Assembly: GCA_025936955.1 (NCBI GenBank)
Contig: JAICSL010000001.1
Coordinates: 1-32,774, forward strand
From: Nitrososphaeraceae archaeon
GTDB lineage: Archaea; Thermoproteota; Nitrososphaeria; Nitrososphaerales; Nitrososphaeraceae
Direction: 5' to 3'
DNA length: 32,774 nt
Positions 1-10,003 of this stretch are shown here, piece after piece. Below the pieces are notes generated by a model. The model had not been told where the DNA came from, ran no database searches, and saw nothing but the letters and a program-made list of their open reading frames with translations. Numbering within the stretch: the first letter of the stretch is position 1; each line of letters begins with the position of its first letter. The position numbers were made by a program, and so were the translations under genes.

Positions 1-871
1 AACAAGACACTATAGGGATAGAATAATTCAGACTCGCTGCTGAATTTAATCTAACTGGCATTAGAGGCATATGATGACTGCCTCTAGTATTGCCCGCAAC
101 AAAATGAGGATCGTTGAATGCGCTGCCGGCTTCTTCTGTGGCAGGAAAATTTTTTTGAGTTCTAACAATTGCTATAGGATCATCTTTCCCTACATAGGTG
201 CCAGCGATATTGTGTAGCCTATCGGTAGAAGCAGAGACGATTTGTTCCCCATCAGAAGACAGAACAGAATGTACTACATATCTACCAGGATACATTAATG
301 CGGCTTCGAGCTCCGGCTTACTTTCCCACATTTTAAGATCTGCGATTTTGCCATTCATTACATCTAAAATTCTCATTGTTACGCCTTCTGCAAGTTTTTC
401 ATTAATGAGAAGTCCAGTATTACTGCGAGCATCAACAAATATTTTCCACAGAGGGAAGTTGAAAGCACCAGGCTCTGTCTTATCTGCTGCGAATATGCAG
501 AAGACCTCGCTTGGGCGTTCTTCCATTTCAATTTCTGCTACGCCTGGTCCCAGACCCCTTACATTTCCAGAGAAAGCGTCTTTTAGGAGATCTTGTCCTG
601 CACCATATAAACCCTGTTCTTTTGCAATTTTTGTCCCCTCGGTAAAGGCGTCCCAGGCTAATTTGTGAATAGTTTCGTTATCCGCACCATAGGAGTGGCT
701 CATGATTATATGGACATCGTCTCCCGTATAACCGATGTAATAATCTAGTAGCAAATCCCTTGCTTTTTCAGTTATAACTGAATTTACTCTTTCCACCAGT
801 TCATCGCTTGGACGTGTATGACCGCCGATTCCACCTATGTCTGCTTTTATTGCTGATACCGTTATACGCAT
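1..871 (-). CDS. fbp: Bifunctional fructose-1,6-bisphosphate aldolase/phosphatase (class V FBPase), 3' end outside the window
   Basis: Not in the ORF track because it runs off the edge. Manual translation from ATG at 871 gives MRITVSAIKADIGGIGGHTRPS, later GPGVAE, ADKTEPGAFN, YVGKDDP (Schiff-base Lys) and RGSHHMPLMPV. Confidence 0.96.
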   Translation of the reverse strand, partial: MRITVSAIKADIGGIGGHTRPSDELVERVNSVITEKARDLLLDYYIGYTGDDVHIIMSHSYGADNETIHKLAWDAFTEGTKIAKEQGLYGAGQDLLKDAFSGNVRGLGPGVAEIEMEERPSEVFCIFAADKTEPGAFNFPLWKIFVDARSNTGLLINEKLAEGVTMRILDVMNGKIADLKMWESKPELEAALMYPGRYVVHSVLSSDGEQIVSASTDRLHNIAGTYVGKDDPIAIVRTQKNFPATEEAGSAFNDPHFVAGNTRGSHHMPLMPVRLNSAASLNYSIPIVSC

Positions 872-892
872 AGGTCAAATGCATAAATTGCT

Positions 893-908
893 GTTTAAAA
901 TCTTTCTG
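893..908 (-). promoter_or_regulatory. Probable BRE/TATA promoter for fbp (leaderless or short-leader transcript)
   Basis: Minus strand reads agaaagaTTTTAAAc: a purine-rich BRE followed by a TATA-like box about 23-29 nt upstream of the ATG. Confidence 0.5.
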
Positions 909-1307
909 ATGTAACTCTAATGAACTTAACACCGAGAACATGAAGTTAATCCTTGTTGGTCCTCTTATTATCTAGCTGTAGAGGTTAATCTAGAATGAGA
1001 AGATTCAGGTTCGGGCTGAAGGCAGAATAGGCTTGTAATAGTCGACTCATCCACCGATATAATTGGTATAACCGCGTAACATCATATTGTAGAAGAATTA
1101 AAGAGTGGCAGTGTTTGGTATTTGTGAGTCCTTAAGTTAAACTATATTCAGGGATATCTAAATTCATGGTTCAGCGGAGATCTTGTTTATTATAACAATG
1201 CAAAAGTCATAGCAGTATTGTTCTTCTCTACTTAATTGATTTCAAATTTTACTGTAACAAAAACAAAAGAGAAGTTTATTTCCCCATCTTGTCATTTAAT
1301 AACCACC

Positions 1308-1874
1308 GTGAAGAGATATATGATATATTTGGATAATAACTCCTATTTACCTAAGGATGCACCAACTCTTTTAAAGAGAGCAAGAGAACTATTAAGGGTA
1401 AACTCCGGAGTCATTATCAGAGACACTCGGGTCTTGAAAAAGTATATAGAGTTTGATACGAGTATCCCGGACGATGCAAGTATTACAGATATAGTCTTAG
1501 GATATCAGGCAATTGCACCTGTAACAGAATACGATCTTATAACAGAAAGGATTTTACCAAAAGCAGATGCAATAATACAATCAATAAAACTATTTAACGA
1601 TGAAAAATATTGGAGTGCTCACGAACATCTTGAATTAATATGGAAAAATTCTCAGGGAGAGGAGAAGAATTTATTGAATGGTATTATCTTGATAGCTGCA
1701 GCTTTCGTTCACGATGAAAAAGATGAATCCGAAATATGCATATCGATACTAAGTAGGGCTCTTCAGAAACTAAATCATGCTCATGGAATATATTTGAGTA
1801 TTAATATAGATAAAATCAAAGAAAGAATATCCAAAATAATTGAAAGCAGACATATAGAACGTTTTGTTATTTGA
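1308..1874 (+). CDS. DUF309 domain-containing protein
   Basis: C-terminal LFNDEKYWSAHEHLELIWK...GIILIAAAFVH is the DUF309 signature. GTG at 1308 (MKRYMIYLDNN) is preferred over the track start at 1236. Confidence 0.85.
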   Translation: MKRYMIYLDNNSYLPKDAPTLLKRARELLRVNSGVIIRDTRVLKKYIEFDTSIPDDASITDIVLGYQAIAPVTEYDLITERILPKADAIIQSIKLFNDEKYWSAHEHLELIWKNSQGEEKNLLNGIILIAAAFVHDEKDESEICISILSRALQKLNHAHGIYLSINIDKIKERISKIIESRHIERFVI

Positions 1875-2286
1875 TACTTATAATTTATAATTCACTCTTT
1901 TTTCTATGGTATGTTAATATTATTTTAGATTCTCCATATTTTCGTCGATCTCTAGCAATCTAGCAAAAATTTACCTTAATCATAGAATAACCTTTTCGTA
2001 TGATATCCTTCATGAAGATAGCAACAGCGATGGGAAGGGAATCCGCCTCCTAAAATCAAATGGCAATACAGCAATTTCAGCTACATTACTAAGTTTATCA
2101 TAGCCGAGTTCCATCGTTCATGAACCACAGGTTCAAAACGAATTAATTTTACTTTGACTCAATTATGCGTGAAAGGTTTACCACAGTATCTTTAATTTGG
2201 AGTAAGTGGTCATGGAAAGGCGATTTCAAACCTCCATTATAACTACCTCCTTCGAAATATCGAATAATTATTTTTCCTTGTTGGGA

Positions 2287-2583
2287 TTAATTTTTCTTTC
2301 GGGGGAACATTTTCTCATAAGGTTCCAAAATGCTCCTACAGAATTCTATACCTGCTTGAGTCGGCCGATATATCGTAATGATTCTTTTTCCGATTATTGT
2401 TTCACTCTTAGTGATAAGATTATTTTTTTCTATATCATCAATCATTGGCTTATGTTTTTTTAAGTTAAGCCCACAAAAACTTACCATAGAAGTCTGGTTA
2501 AGCTCGCCGTATTCTACGAGCTTCATAATGATGTCTTTAACAATATAGATCCTGTCTCGATAAGATGCTTGAGAACCAGACAT
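2287..2583 (-). CDS. Winged helix-turn-helix transcriptional regulator (archaeal HTH_45/ArsR-like)
   Basis: 98 aa; YRDRIYIVKDII..L...GELNQT.MVS.CGLN...H...IDD.EKNNLI....IYRPTQAGIEF pattern. Confidence 0.8.
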   Translation of the reverse strand: MSGSQASYRDRIYIVKDIIMKLVEYGELNQTSMVSFCGLNLKKHKPMIDDIEKNNLITKSETIIGKRIITIYRPTQAGIEFCRSILEPYEKMFPRKKN

Positions 2584-2625
2584 CGATCTATTATAATCAT
2601 AATTATTTATTATATTATAATAATT

Positions 2626-2658
2626 GGTTAACTATGTTAAGTAACCTATTATATATAA
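2626..2658. promoter_or_regulatory. Palindromic site next to a TATA box in the divergent promoter between the wHTH and PsbP-like genes
   Basis: TTAAC-TAT-GTTAA (2628-2640) overlaps GGTTA-N11-TAACC (2626-2646). TTATATATAA at 2649-2658 lies about 28 nt before ATG 2686. Confidence 0.45.
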
Positions 2659-2685
2659 TTTGGTCAAAAGAAAGCACCTAAAATT

Positions 2686-3378
2686 ATGCCGTCGCAGAAA
2701 AGTAGTTTATTGTGCGGATCTCTAGATTTTAGCATGTTTTCATGCTTGATGATAACACTATTGACAATCACTGTGTTCCCTCAACTTGTGGCAGCTCAAA
2801 CTTTAATGCCCGAACAGATGAATTTTGCAACTTATGATAATCCTGAATTTGGAATAACAATACAGTATCCATTATTGTGGTATAAAATTGTCAAGGAAAA
2901 TTACTATTCTGATAATGATGATAACGGTTTCATTATCTTATTTCAAATAAAACCCTTGAAAGTAGCGGGAAACGATGAAATCGGAGTATCAATATTATCT
3001 CACAGACTAGATACTCCGAAAAATTTCCTGAATCAATTTCAAATTCTTGATGGCATTATTTCTCAAAGAGCTTTACTCAAGGGTTTTACTATAACCCATT
3101 TTACATCTTTGTTAACCAAGAAATTGCCGGAATTCGTTTATGTGAAGGGTGAATCCGGCGAAACTACCATTGGTGCAGATAATAACACTGCCCAAAAAAT
3201 TGTTTACACCTATAGGGATCAAAGAGAACATCTAAAAGTAATGGAAATCTTGGTCGTTAATGGTAGGCAAGGATACGTGATTAGATATGCACAAGATACG
3301 ACGAAATTTTCTGATAGCTTACCATTAGTAAAAAAAATGCTTGACTCATTTAGAATGTATAATTCTACTCATCGATGA
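2686..3378 (+). CDS. Secreted or membrane-anchored PsbP-related protein
   Basis: N-terminal hydrophobic signal, then FATYDNPEFGITIQYP..W and C-terminal GYVIRY....KFSDSLPLVKKMLDSFR, typical of PsbP-like/DUF1795 proteins. Confidence 0.75.
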   Translation: MPSQKSSLLCGSLDFSMFSCLMITLLTITVFPQLVAAQTLMPEQMNFATYDNPEFGITIQYPLLWYKIVKENYYSDNDDNGFIILFQIKPLKVAGNDEIGVSILSHRLDTPKNFLNQFQILDGIISQRALLKGFTITHFTSLLTKKLPEFVYVKGESGETTIGADNNTAQKIVYTYRDQREHLKVMEILVVNGRQGYVIRYAQDTTKFSDSLPLVKKMLDSFRMYNSTHR

Positions 3379-3682
3379 GAAAATTAATTTCCAACTACGC
3401 CTCCAGCGACACCCCAGTTTGTTAGGTTTATCCTGAAGACATTTTCCTAGAATTTATATTTTTGAATTGCAAATGGATTGGGACCAACTTTTTGAATTAC
3501 ATATTCAAGGGATATAATAATTGATGCCATACGTGCAAAGTTAGCAATATATGACTTCGAAGTAAAGCCTAAAGAATTTGATAAAGCAAATAGTCAAATT
3601 ATTAAAAAGGCAGTTAAATTGATATTCCTAAAATTCCACTTGATACAACCGTAATTAGGATGAACAAGTGAAATGGTAAAAT

Positions 3683-5197
3683 ATGAGTAATAATATCAGA
3701 TTAGGCTATTCTGGTATCATATCTTTTGGATCAAGGGTTTCAAGTCTTTTTACAGGGTTAATTTTTATTACGCTAGTAACGAGGCACCTTACCCAATCTG
3801 ATTTTGGATTATGGCAATTGATCCTTAGTATAATTTCGTACTCGGTCTATCCTAATGTGATTGTTGATTATTGGGCAGTACGAGATATCGCTAGAGGGGA
3901 AAAGCATGCGAAAACGGCCATCCTGTTTGGATTAATCCTTTCTGTAGGTGGTATAGGTCTGTACTTGGTTATTTCATTTTTGTCGGCCCCAAAAGTAGGA
4001 GAACAGTATATTTTTTTTATAATTGCATTAGCACAGGTGCCATTATCGTACCTATCCATTACCTTGCAGACGCTTTCTCAGGCAGCCAGGCCGCAATCTG
4101 TAGGAATAGCGTTTATGATATTTGAAATAATCAAAGTCGTAATAGCCATAATGTCTTTTTATACCGTTGGTATAACTCTTAGTGTCGCAATATTAGCAGT
4201 TTTAGGAGCATTGGTCGCTCAATGCGCAGTGCTTCTGATCATGCTCCCGAGGGAACTATATAAACGAAGCTTCGACAAACAAGTGGTTAAGCGATGGTTA
4301 AAAATAGCCTGGCTTCCTTGCTTTGTAACTGTCTCTGGTTATATTGGGACAATAGACAGCCTAGTAGTAACAATGATAACTGGGTCTACCCTTGCATTAG
4401 CAAATTATAGGGCAGCGTATGTTATTGCCGCCTTAATCTCTCACGCCGGGGCCTTCACTTTTGCATTGTACCCGAAGTTGATAGGTGGAGCAGGACTGGG
4501 AGAATCAAGATATGTTACAAAATTAATGATGCTATTTAGTATTCCAATGTCCGCTGGGCTTTTTATCTTATCCATACCACTATTATCTGTATTGGGAACA
4601 AGTTACAAGGAGGCATACATTGTACTGTGGCTTGCAATACCGGTAGTTATTAATATAACGATCAATCAACTCTTCGATTCTATTCTGACTGGTGCTGAAA
4701 AAGTAGATGTAATAAAATCATCTTTCAGAGGCTATATGAAAAGCAGGCTCTTCACTGTACCGGAAATAAGTCTTTTCGCTGGGCTTATTTCAATTGTCAC
4801 AATTAGTATAAGTTCCTATTGGCTAACTTTGATCCATGCTTCTTACATAATCATTTCAATCACATGGGCTGTAATTGTTCTGATTATATCTCTTCCAGGT
4901 ATATTCATAAAGTGGAAAATGATGCAGAAGTCAAATATCACATTCGAATGTCCTTGGAAAAATATAGGAATATATGGGTTAGCTTCAATTGTGATGTCCC
5001 TTGGATTGTTAGCCGGAGGGGCCTATAACTTTAAGCATTTCTCTACTTTCGATTTGGTGGCTAAAATAATGGGCTACACAGCATTGGCAGTGTCGATATA
5101 TACTCCTATTGTTTTTGTTCTTGACAAGGAATTTAGAGTAATGACGTATAAATCGATCGAAATATTGAAAGAATTACGGAACAGTGGTTCAAGATAA
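3683..5197 (+). CDS. Oligosaccharide flippase / polysaccharide biosynthesis membrane protein (Wzx/MOP superfamily)
   Basis: 504 aa with about 14 hydrophobic segments; N-terminal LVTRHLTQSDFGLW motif; adjacent to a GT2. Confidence 0.8.
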   Translation: MSNNIRLGYSGIISFGSRVSSLFTGLIFITLVTRHLTQSDFGLWQLILSIISYSVYPNVIVDYWAVRDIARGEKHAKTAILFGLILSVGGIGLYLVISFLSAPKVGEQYIFFIIALAQVPLSYLSITLQTLSQAARPQSVGIAFMIFEIIKVVIAIMSFYTVGITLSVAILAVLGALVAQCAVLLIMLPRELYKRSFDKQVVKRWLKIAWLPCFVTVSGYIGTIDSLVVTMITGSTLALANYRAAYVIAALISHAGAFTFALYPKLIGGAGLGESRYVTKLMMLFSIPMSAGLFILSIPLLSVLGTSYKEAYIVLWLAIPVVINITINQLFDSILTGAEKVDVIKSSFRGYMKSRLFTVPEISLFAGLISIVTISISSYWLTLIHASYIIISITWAVIVLIISLPGIFIKWKMMQKSNITFECPWKNIGIYGLASIVMSLGLLAGGAYNFKHFSTFDLVAKIMGYTALAVSIYTPIVFVLDKEFRVMTYKSIEILKELRNSGSR

Positions 5198-5223
5198 ACA
5201 ACTGCAACTGCTAACAATTATTC

Positions 5224-5994
5224 TTAAATTATCCCTATATATGATAGTACAAACCATATTTTGGTTCTAAATGCTATGTAGGTCTCTCTTAAAGTTCCTC
5301 TAATGAGCATATTCCAAACAACGTCTTTGAATGAAAGCATTTTATATTTTCTATAGATGTGACCTTCTTCTATCTGTTGTTTTTTTGGAACGTATCGGGC
5401 TACAGGGCTGATTACCGTTCCGGTTCTACGATAAACATTCGTCTCAAATTTAGGAAAATGATCTACTAAATAGTTTTCTACTTTGAGCCATTTCAAACCG
5501 TTTTGATCAAAATAGAATTTAGTTGCCGCGTCTTCGCCGTGCGGTTGATTTAACTTTAGATCCAATAAATGTTGTCTCTTTAGTAAAGTCTGTCCAAATA
5601 CTCCGTATTTCACTTTGGTCAAATTTTGTAATCTATCTATCCTATAATGTTCTAGCCTACAACTTTCAACTGCGTCAGCATCGTACATGTATTTCGATAT
5701 TTCTTTGAACCAACCAGTCTTAAGTACAATGTCTGAATCAATTACTGCTATCCACAGAGTCTTGGCTATGTTAAATCCAAATTGAGTTGCCTCTCCGAGG
5801 TTAAATTCAGGTCTCTTATAAATTTCAACATTGTTATATTGTGAGGCAATCTCCAAAGTATTATCAGTCGAACCACCATCGACCATGATAACCTTACGTA
5901 CGGGTATCTCTCTAAATACAGAGTCCAAACATGCAGCTAATAAATCCGAAGAGTTTCTGGTTCGAATAACAACATCTATTTTATCCTCATACAT
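5224..5994 (-). CDS. Glycosyltransferase family 2
   Basis: IDVVIRTRNS...CLDSV...VIMVDGGSTDNT, DxD (IDSD) and a GED motif. ATG at 5994 (MYEDKIDVV) is preferred over 6063. Confidence 0.92.
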   Translation of the reverse strand: MYEDKIDVVIRTRNSSDLLAACLDSVFREIPVRKVIMVDGGSTDNTLEIASQYNNVEIYKRPEFNLGEATQFGFNIAKTLWIAVIDSDIVLKTGWFKEISKYMYDADAVESCRLEHYRIDRLQNLTKVKYGVFGQTLLKRQHLLDLKLNQPHGEDAATKFYFDQNGLKWLKVENYLVDHFPKFETNVYRRTGTVISPVARYVPKKQQIEEGHIYRKYKMLSFKDVVWNMLIRGTLRETYIAFRTKIWFVLSYIGII

Positions 5995-6329
5995 ACAATT
6001 AAAATGACATGGCAACACTAATTTAATAGTTAATATATTATAGCATGATTTTACATAAAGCATTTTGAAAAGAAAACAATTAAACTCGATCTAAAGAAAG
6101 TTAGGAGATTACACTCAATTTGATAAACGTAAGATTGAAAAATCAGTAATATGATAAAATCTATTAATTTTAAGCTCTGTAAGGGACATGAGAGCTGCGA
6201 TCCTACCATCAAGGTGCAAGGAAATAAGAATTGTATAGAAACGTAGAGTTACTGAGAAAATAATAAGGATCTATCGATTGTTTGACACTTTGCTCCAGTT
6301 CGATTCTTTTGTAATCTCATAATTTCTTA

Positions 6330-6349
6330 TTGCTTTTCGATAAAAGCAA
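6330..6349. terminator. Perfect hairpin, possible terminator or binding site
   Basis: TTGCTTTT-CGAT-AAAAGCAA, about 25 nt downstream of the small minus-strand ORF. Confidence 0.3.
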
Positions 6350-6373
6350 CTTAGCCCCGGTTAACTATTCTAG

Positions 6374-6535
6374 TCATAACGACAAATGCAGCAAAGTAGA
6401 CACCTCTGTCGGTTCAATCATTATAGTCATTTTTGGATGTGGAATGGCAGTCAGCCATATCAACATTGTCGGAACTGCTGCACAAACGATTACAGTTAGT
6501 ATTATTAGCCAAAAAGCAGTCATCTTTTCAACCAT
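6374..6535 (-). CDS. Putative 53-aa small membrane protein (below the ORF-track cutoff)
   Basis: Manual translation MVEKMTAFWLIILTVIVCAAVPTMLIWLTAIPHPKMTIMIEPTEVSTLLHLSL*; one TM segment; AT-rich TATA-like sequence about 25-35 nt upstream. Confidence 0.4.
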   Translation of the reverse strand: MVEKMTAFWLIILTVIVCAAVPTMLIWLTAIPHPKMTIMIEPTEVSTLLHLSL

Positions 6536-6685
6536 AGTTTATCAATTTGTATTTGGGGTTATAAATATTAAAACCTCCGATCCATCTATTTTTATTCTAC
6601 ATCAAAAAAATACCATTATGGGTTATCACTATTTTAAAATCTTTTTGACAGTTACTTTTATTCTGGCATCTATCATTTAACTAAA

Positions 6686-6699
6686 TAAGATTATAAATA
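6686..6699 (+). promoter_or_regulatory. TATA box for sucCD
   Basis: aagaTTATAAATa about 30 nt upstream of the sucC ATG at 6728. Confidence 0.5.
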
Positions 6700-6727
6700 G
6701 CGTATTGAGGAAATTTATTAACTTGCA

Positions 6728-7846
6728 ATGAGGCTATTAGAATATCAAGGAAAAGAATTATTTGATAAGTATGGAATAAGAATTCCAAAAGCAATTTTAG
6801 TTACAAAATTACAAGAGGCAGAAGAGGCAGCTGCAAAATTAGGCTATCCCGTTGTCCTGAAGGCACAACTTACAGTTGGAGGAAGAGGTAAAGCAGGTGC
6901 TATTTTAAAATGCAAAACTGCAACTGACGTTGAAATCAATTTTAACCAACTTATCAGCAAAGAAATAAAGGGTGAGTTACCTAGGGGTATTTTAGTAGAA
7001 GAATTAGCTAATATCGAAAAAGAGTTATACCTGTCATTATTTCTGGACAGGACTAAAAGATGTTATTCCTTAATTGTATCAGCTGATGGGGGCGTAGACA
7101 TTGAAAAAGTAGGAAAAAAGGTGATCATCGATCTTCCCCTTGATGGTCTCTCTGATCTAGCTGCTGAGGAGATAGCCCGCAAAATAGGACTTTCAAGTAA
7201 TACTGCCGTTTCTTTTATTGATTTTTCTACGAAGCTTTCGGAATTAGTAAAAGGTGAAGAAGCGGAATTAGCTGAGGTAAATCCCTTGGCAGTTTTGCAT
7301 GACGGTTCAATTATGGCCCTCGATGCAAAGGTCATAATAGATAATAATGCTCTATTTAGACATCCTGACTTAAAGAAGTACGAGCAGATTTCACAATTAG
7401 AGATGCAAGCAGAGAAGAATGGCTTTTCACTAGTCGAATTGAATGGAAATATCGCAATAATTGGAAATGGTGCAGGGTTGGTCATGTCCACGCTCGATAT
7501 GGTATCGGACGCTGGAGGAAATGCAGGTTGTTTCCTTGACTTTGGAGGCAGGGCAACAACAGAAACCATTTATGAAGCTTTGAAGGTTATAAGCGAAATA
7601 AAAAAAATCAATATCATATTTGTAAATTTGTTTGGAGGCATAGTTAGAACTAATCTAGTCGCACAAGCAATCCTTGACGCATATCAACACAACCTGATTG
7701 ATACTCCGCTTTTCGCAAGGATCTCTGGAGCTGAATCCGATAAAGCAAAAGAAATGCTAAGGGGTACGAAGGCAAAATTGTATGATACCGTGGAAGATGC
7801 AATAATAGGATTAAGTCAAACCATATCAATAATGAAGGAGAAGTGA
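6728..7846 (+). CDS. sucC: Succinyl-CoA synthetase (ADP-forming) beta subunit
   Basis: MRLLEYQGKELF, VLKAQ..VGGRGKAG, AEVNPL, ALDAK, GNGAGLVMSTLD, FLDFGG, NLFGGIVR. Confidence 0.96.
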   Translation: MRLLEYQGKELFDKYGIRIPKAILVTKLQEAEEAAAKLGYPVVLKAQLTVGGRGKAGAILKCKTATDVEINFNQLISKEIKGELPRGILVEELANIEKELYLSLFLDRTKRCYSLIVSADGGVDIEKVGKKVIIDLPLDGLSDLAAEEIARKIGLSSNTAVSFIDFSTKLSELVKGEEAELAEVNPLAVLHDGSIMALDAKVIIDNNALFRHPDLKKYEQISQLEMQAEKNGFSLVELNGNIAIIGNGAGLVMSTLDMVSDAGGNAGCFLDFGGRATTETIYEALKVISEIKKINIIFVNLFGGIVRTNLVAQAILDAYQHNLIDTPLFARISGAESDKAKEMLRGTKAKLYDTVEDAIIGLSQTISIMKEK

Positions 7847-8769
7847 ACACAATGACTATTAGCGATTTTGATATATTTGGTCTGCTTATTGGGAAGGAGA
7901 ACGATTCCGACTACCTAAAAAAACCAGTAATAATTCAAGGTATCACAGGTAGTTATGGATCTACACATACAAGACTAATGAAAGCATACGGTACAAATAT
8001 TGTAGCGGGAGTTACTCCTGGAAAAGGAGGTCAAAACTATGAAGGTATACCTATCTATGCAAATGTATCGGATGCTGTCAGAGCTACAGAGGCGAGAATA
8101 TCCGGCATATTTGTACCCGCGCCATACTTTTTAGATGCTGCAAAAGATGCTTTAGATAATGGCATAAAAATCTTAGTTGCTATACCAGAGCATGTCCCGA
8201 TAAAAGATGCAATAAGAGTTACAGAGTACGCCAAATCCAAAAAGGCAATTATGATCGGTCCAAATACCCCGGGATTAATTGTACCGGATATAATCAAAAT
8301 TGGCATCATGCCTGCACAGCCATTTAAAGCAGGGAAGACCATTGTTTTTTCTCGTAGTGGAACTCTTATGTACGAGGTGTCATTTAACCTCACGAGAAGT
8401 GGGTATGGCCAAAAGCTGTGTCTCGGAATAGGTGGCGACCCTATTAATGGAATCAACTTGATTGAGGCTTTTGAACTCATTCGAAGTAGTAACGATGTCG
8501 AATCAGTCGTCGTCGTGGGCGAGATTGGAGGCGATTCAGAAGAGCAATTAGCCGAGTATCTAATAAGAACAAAATTTAGCAAGCCGGTGGTCGCCTATAT
8601 AGCTGGGAGAGCCGCTCCTAAAGAAAGAACTATGGGGCATGCAGGAGCTATAGTTTACGGAAACTATGGTTCTGCTGAATCGAAGATCTCCATGTATTCG
8701 AAAGCAAATGTGCCTGTTGCAAGAACCCCAAAGGAGATTCCTGAATTAATTAGCCAGAAAGTTCGTTAG
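7843..8769 (+). CDS. sucD: Succinyl-CoA synthetase alpha subunit
   Basis: QGITGSYG..HT, VAGVTPGKGG, GPNTPG, SRSGTLMYE, GIGGDP, GEIGG and phospho-His motif MGHAGA; GTGA overlap with the sucC stop. Confidence 0.96.
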   Translation: MNTMTISDFDIFGLLIGKENDSDYLKKPVIIQGITGSYGSTHTRLMKAYGTNIVAGVTPGKGGQNYEGIPIYANVSDAVRATEARISGIFVPAPYFLDAAKDALDNGIKILVAIPEHVPIKDAIRVTEYAKSKKAIMIGPNTPGLIVPDIIKIGIMPAQPFKAGKTIVFSRSGTLMYEVSFNLTRSGYGQKLCLGIGGDPINGINLIEAFELIRSSNDVESVVVVGEIGGDSEEQLAEYLIRTKFSKPVVAYIAGRAAPKERTMGHAGAIVYGNYGSAESKISMYSKANVPVARTPKEIPELISQKVR

Positions 8770-8910
8770 GCAAAATATTTCTGTTTCAATGTAGCTACAC
8801 TATCCTTACTCATACTCGTAGTCCAACAAAATACAGCATAGCGCTTCAGAATACATCTTTCTTGCTTTAGAAAGGTTATTAGGCTATTATCATGTTGATG
8901 AATCTCTCTT

Positions 8911-9699
8911 TTATGTTGAGGTGACATCTAATTGTGCCAATATCCGATCGATAATTCCTTTATTTCGAGCAAGGTAGACAAGAGATTCAGCATCTATCCA
9001 GTCAATATCATTACCGATATTATATGAAAAAAGCTTTCCTATTCCCGGTATTTTCGCCAATATATCTTTAGACAGGTCCAAGGTCGAATTACCAAGCTCA
9101 GACGTAGAACAAATAAAATCGTAGATACTATTATTAAATAAATATATTCCTAAGGCCTCTGGCTGCTCAAGCTTTACTAGATTTTTCTCTCTGAATTCCC
9201 TTATTAGAGTATTCGTATGCTCTTCGTCTCCTTGACACAACGTGACGCGGCCTGTCTCTTCGTATCTCAAATTTCTAGTAACCACAACGCCGGTTACCTC
9301 CCTGTCTTGCATCCAAATTTTCTCATATTCAGCTACTAATCTATTGATATCTAGAGCGCAGAAGTTATCTGCAAACCACGTTAAAAAAAAAGACTCATTA
9401 AGCAAAAATTTTTGAGCCTCTAGTAACGCACCCCCTGTTCCTGTTTTCTTGTCTTCTATAAAGATTATTTTTTTTTTATAAATAAACTCTTTGCCTTCAA
9501 AGTAATTAATAATTTGTCTTCCCAGGTTATCAAATTCACATATTATTACTATTTCATTGATTTTAGGAGAATGTGAGAGATATCTCACGATATGATCTAT
9601 CACGGGCCGTCCGTTAATAGGAAATAAAGCCTTTGGAATAAACTCAGTAAATGGCCGTCCTCTTGTACCATGCCCCCCAGCTAACAAAATTGCCTTCAA
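8911..9699 (-). CDS. Sugar-phosphate nucleotidyltransferase (NTP_transferase family, no beta-helix domain)
   Basis: MKAILLAGGHGTRGRPFTEFIPKAL.PINGRP and GTGGAL motifs. Confidence 0.88.
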   Translation of the reverse strand: MKAILLAGGHGTRGRPFTEFIPKALFPINGRPVIDHIVRYLSHSPKINEIVIICEFDNLGRQIINYFEGKEFIYKKKIIFIEDKKTGTGGALLEAQKFLLNESFFLTWFADNFCALDINRLVAEYEKIWMQDREVTGVVVTRNLRYEETGRVTLCQGDEEHTNTLIREFREKNLVKLEQPEALGIYLFNNSIYDFICSTSELGNSTLDLSKDILAKIPGIGKLFSYNIGNDIDWIDAESLVYLARNKGIIDRILAQLDVTST

Positions 9700-10003
9700 T
9701 TTCTTCTTTTTAAATATCCGTTGAGAAAGAATATATTTTATTGTATATTTGCAATTGAGCAGACCACTCTTTTATGACAATACGTGCTATGTCTTTTTTT
9801 CTTTGTTACGAAAAGCAAGGAGTAAAAGTCGTTCTATATCATTGTGATAGTTATAATGTTTATTCGAAATAGATTAGTACGTACTCCCCTTTGATCAGCA
9901 TGTCTATCACTAAAGACATACTAATTCCTCATTAAAGTTTTTACCAGAGAATTATCCCTACTAATTAATATTAGGCGAAGAGATATCGGCAATGTAGGAA
10001 TAG

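Noticed and set aside
198..668. 156-aa plus-strand ORF
   Set aside because: Antisense shadow of fbp; no motifs.
3490..3654. Start-less open stretch (SRDIIIDAIRAKLAIYDFEVKPKEF...)
   Set aside because: Looks protein-like but has no start codon and no identifiable family.
6188..6240. MRAAI...KEIRIV fragment reminiscent of a Zn-alcohol dehydrogenase N-terminus
   Set aside because: Only about 16 codons, with no continuing similarity.
6330..6680. 116-aa plus-strand ORF
   Set aside because: No recognisable family; overlaps a more plausible minus-strand small ORF and ends at the sucC promoter.
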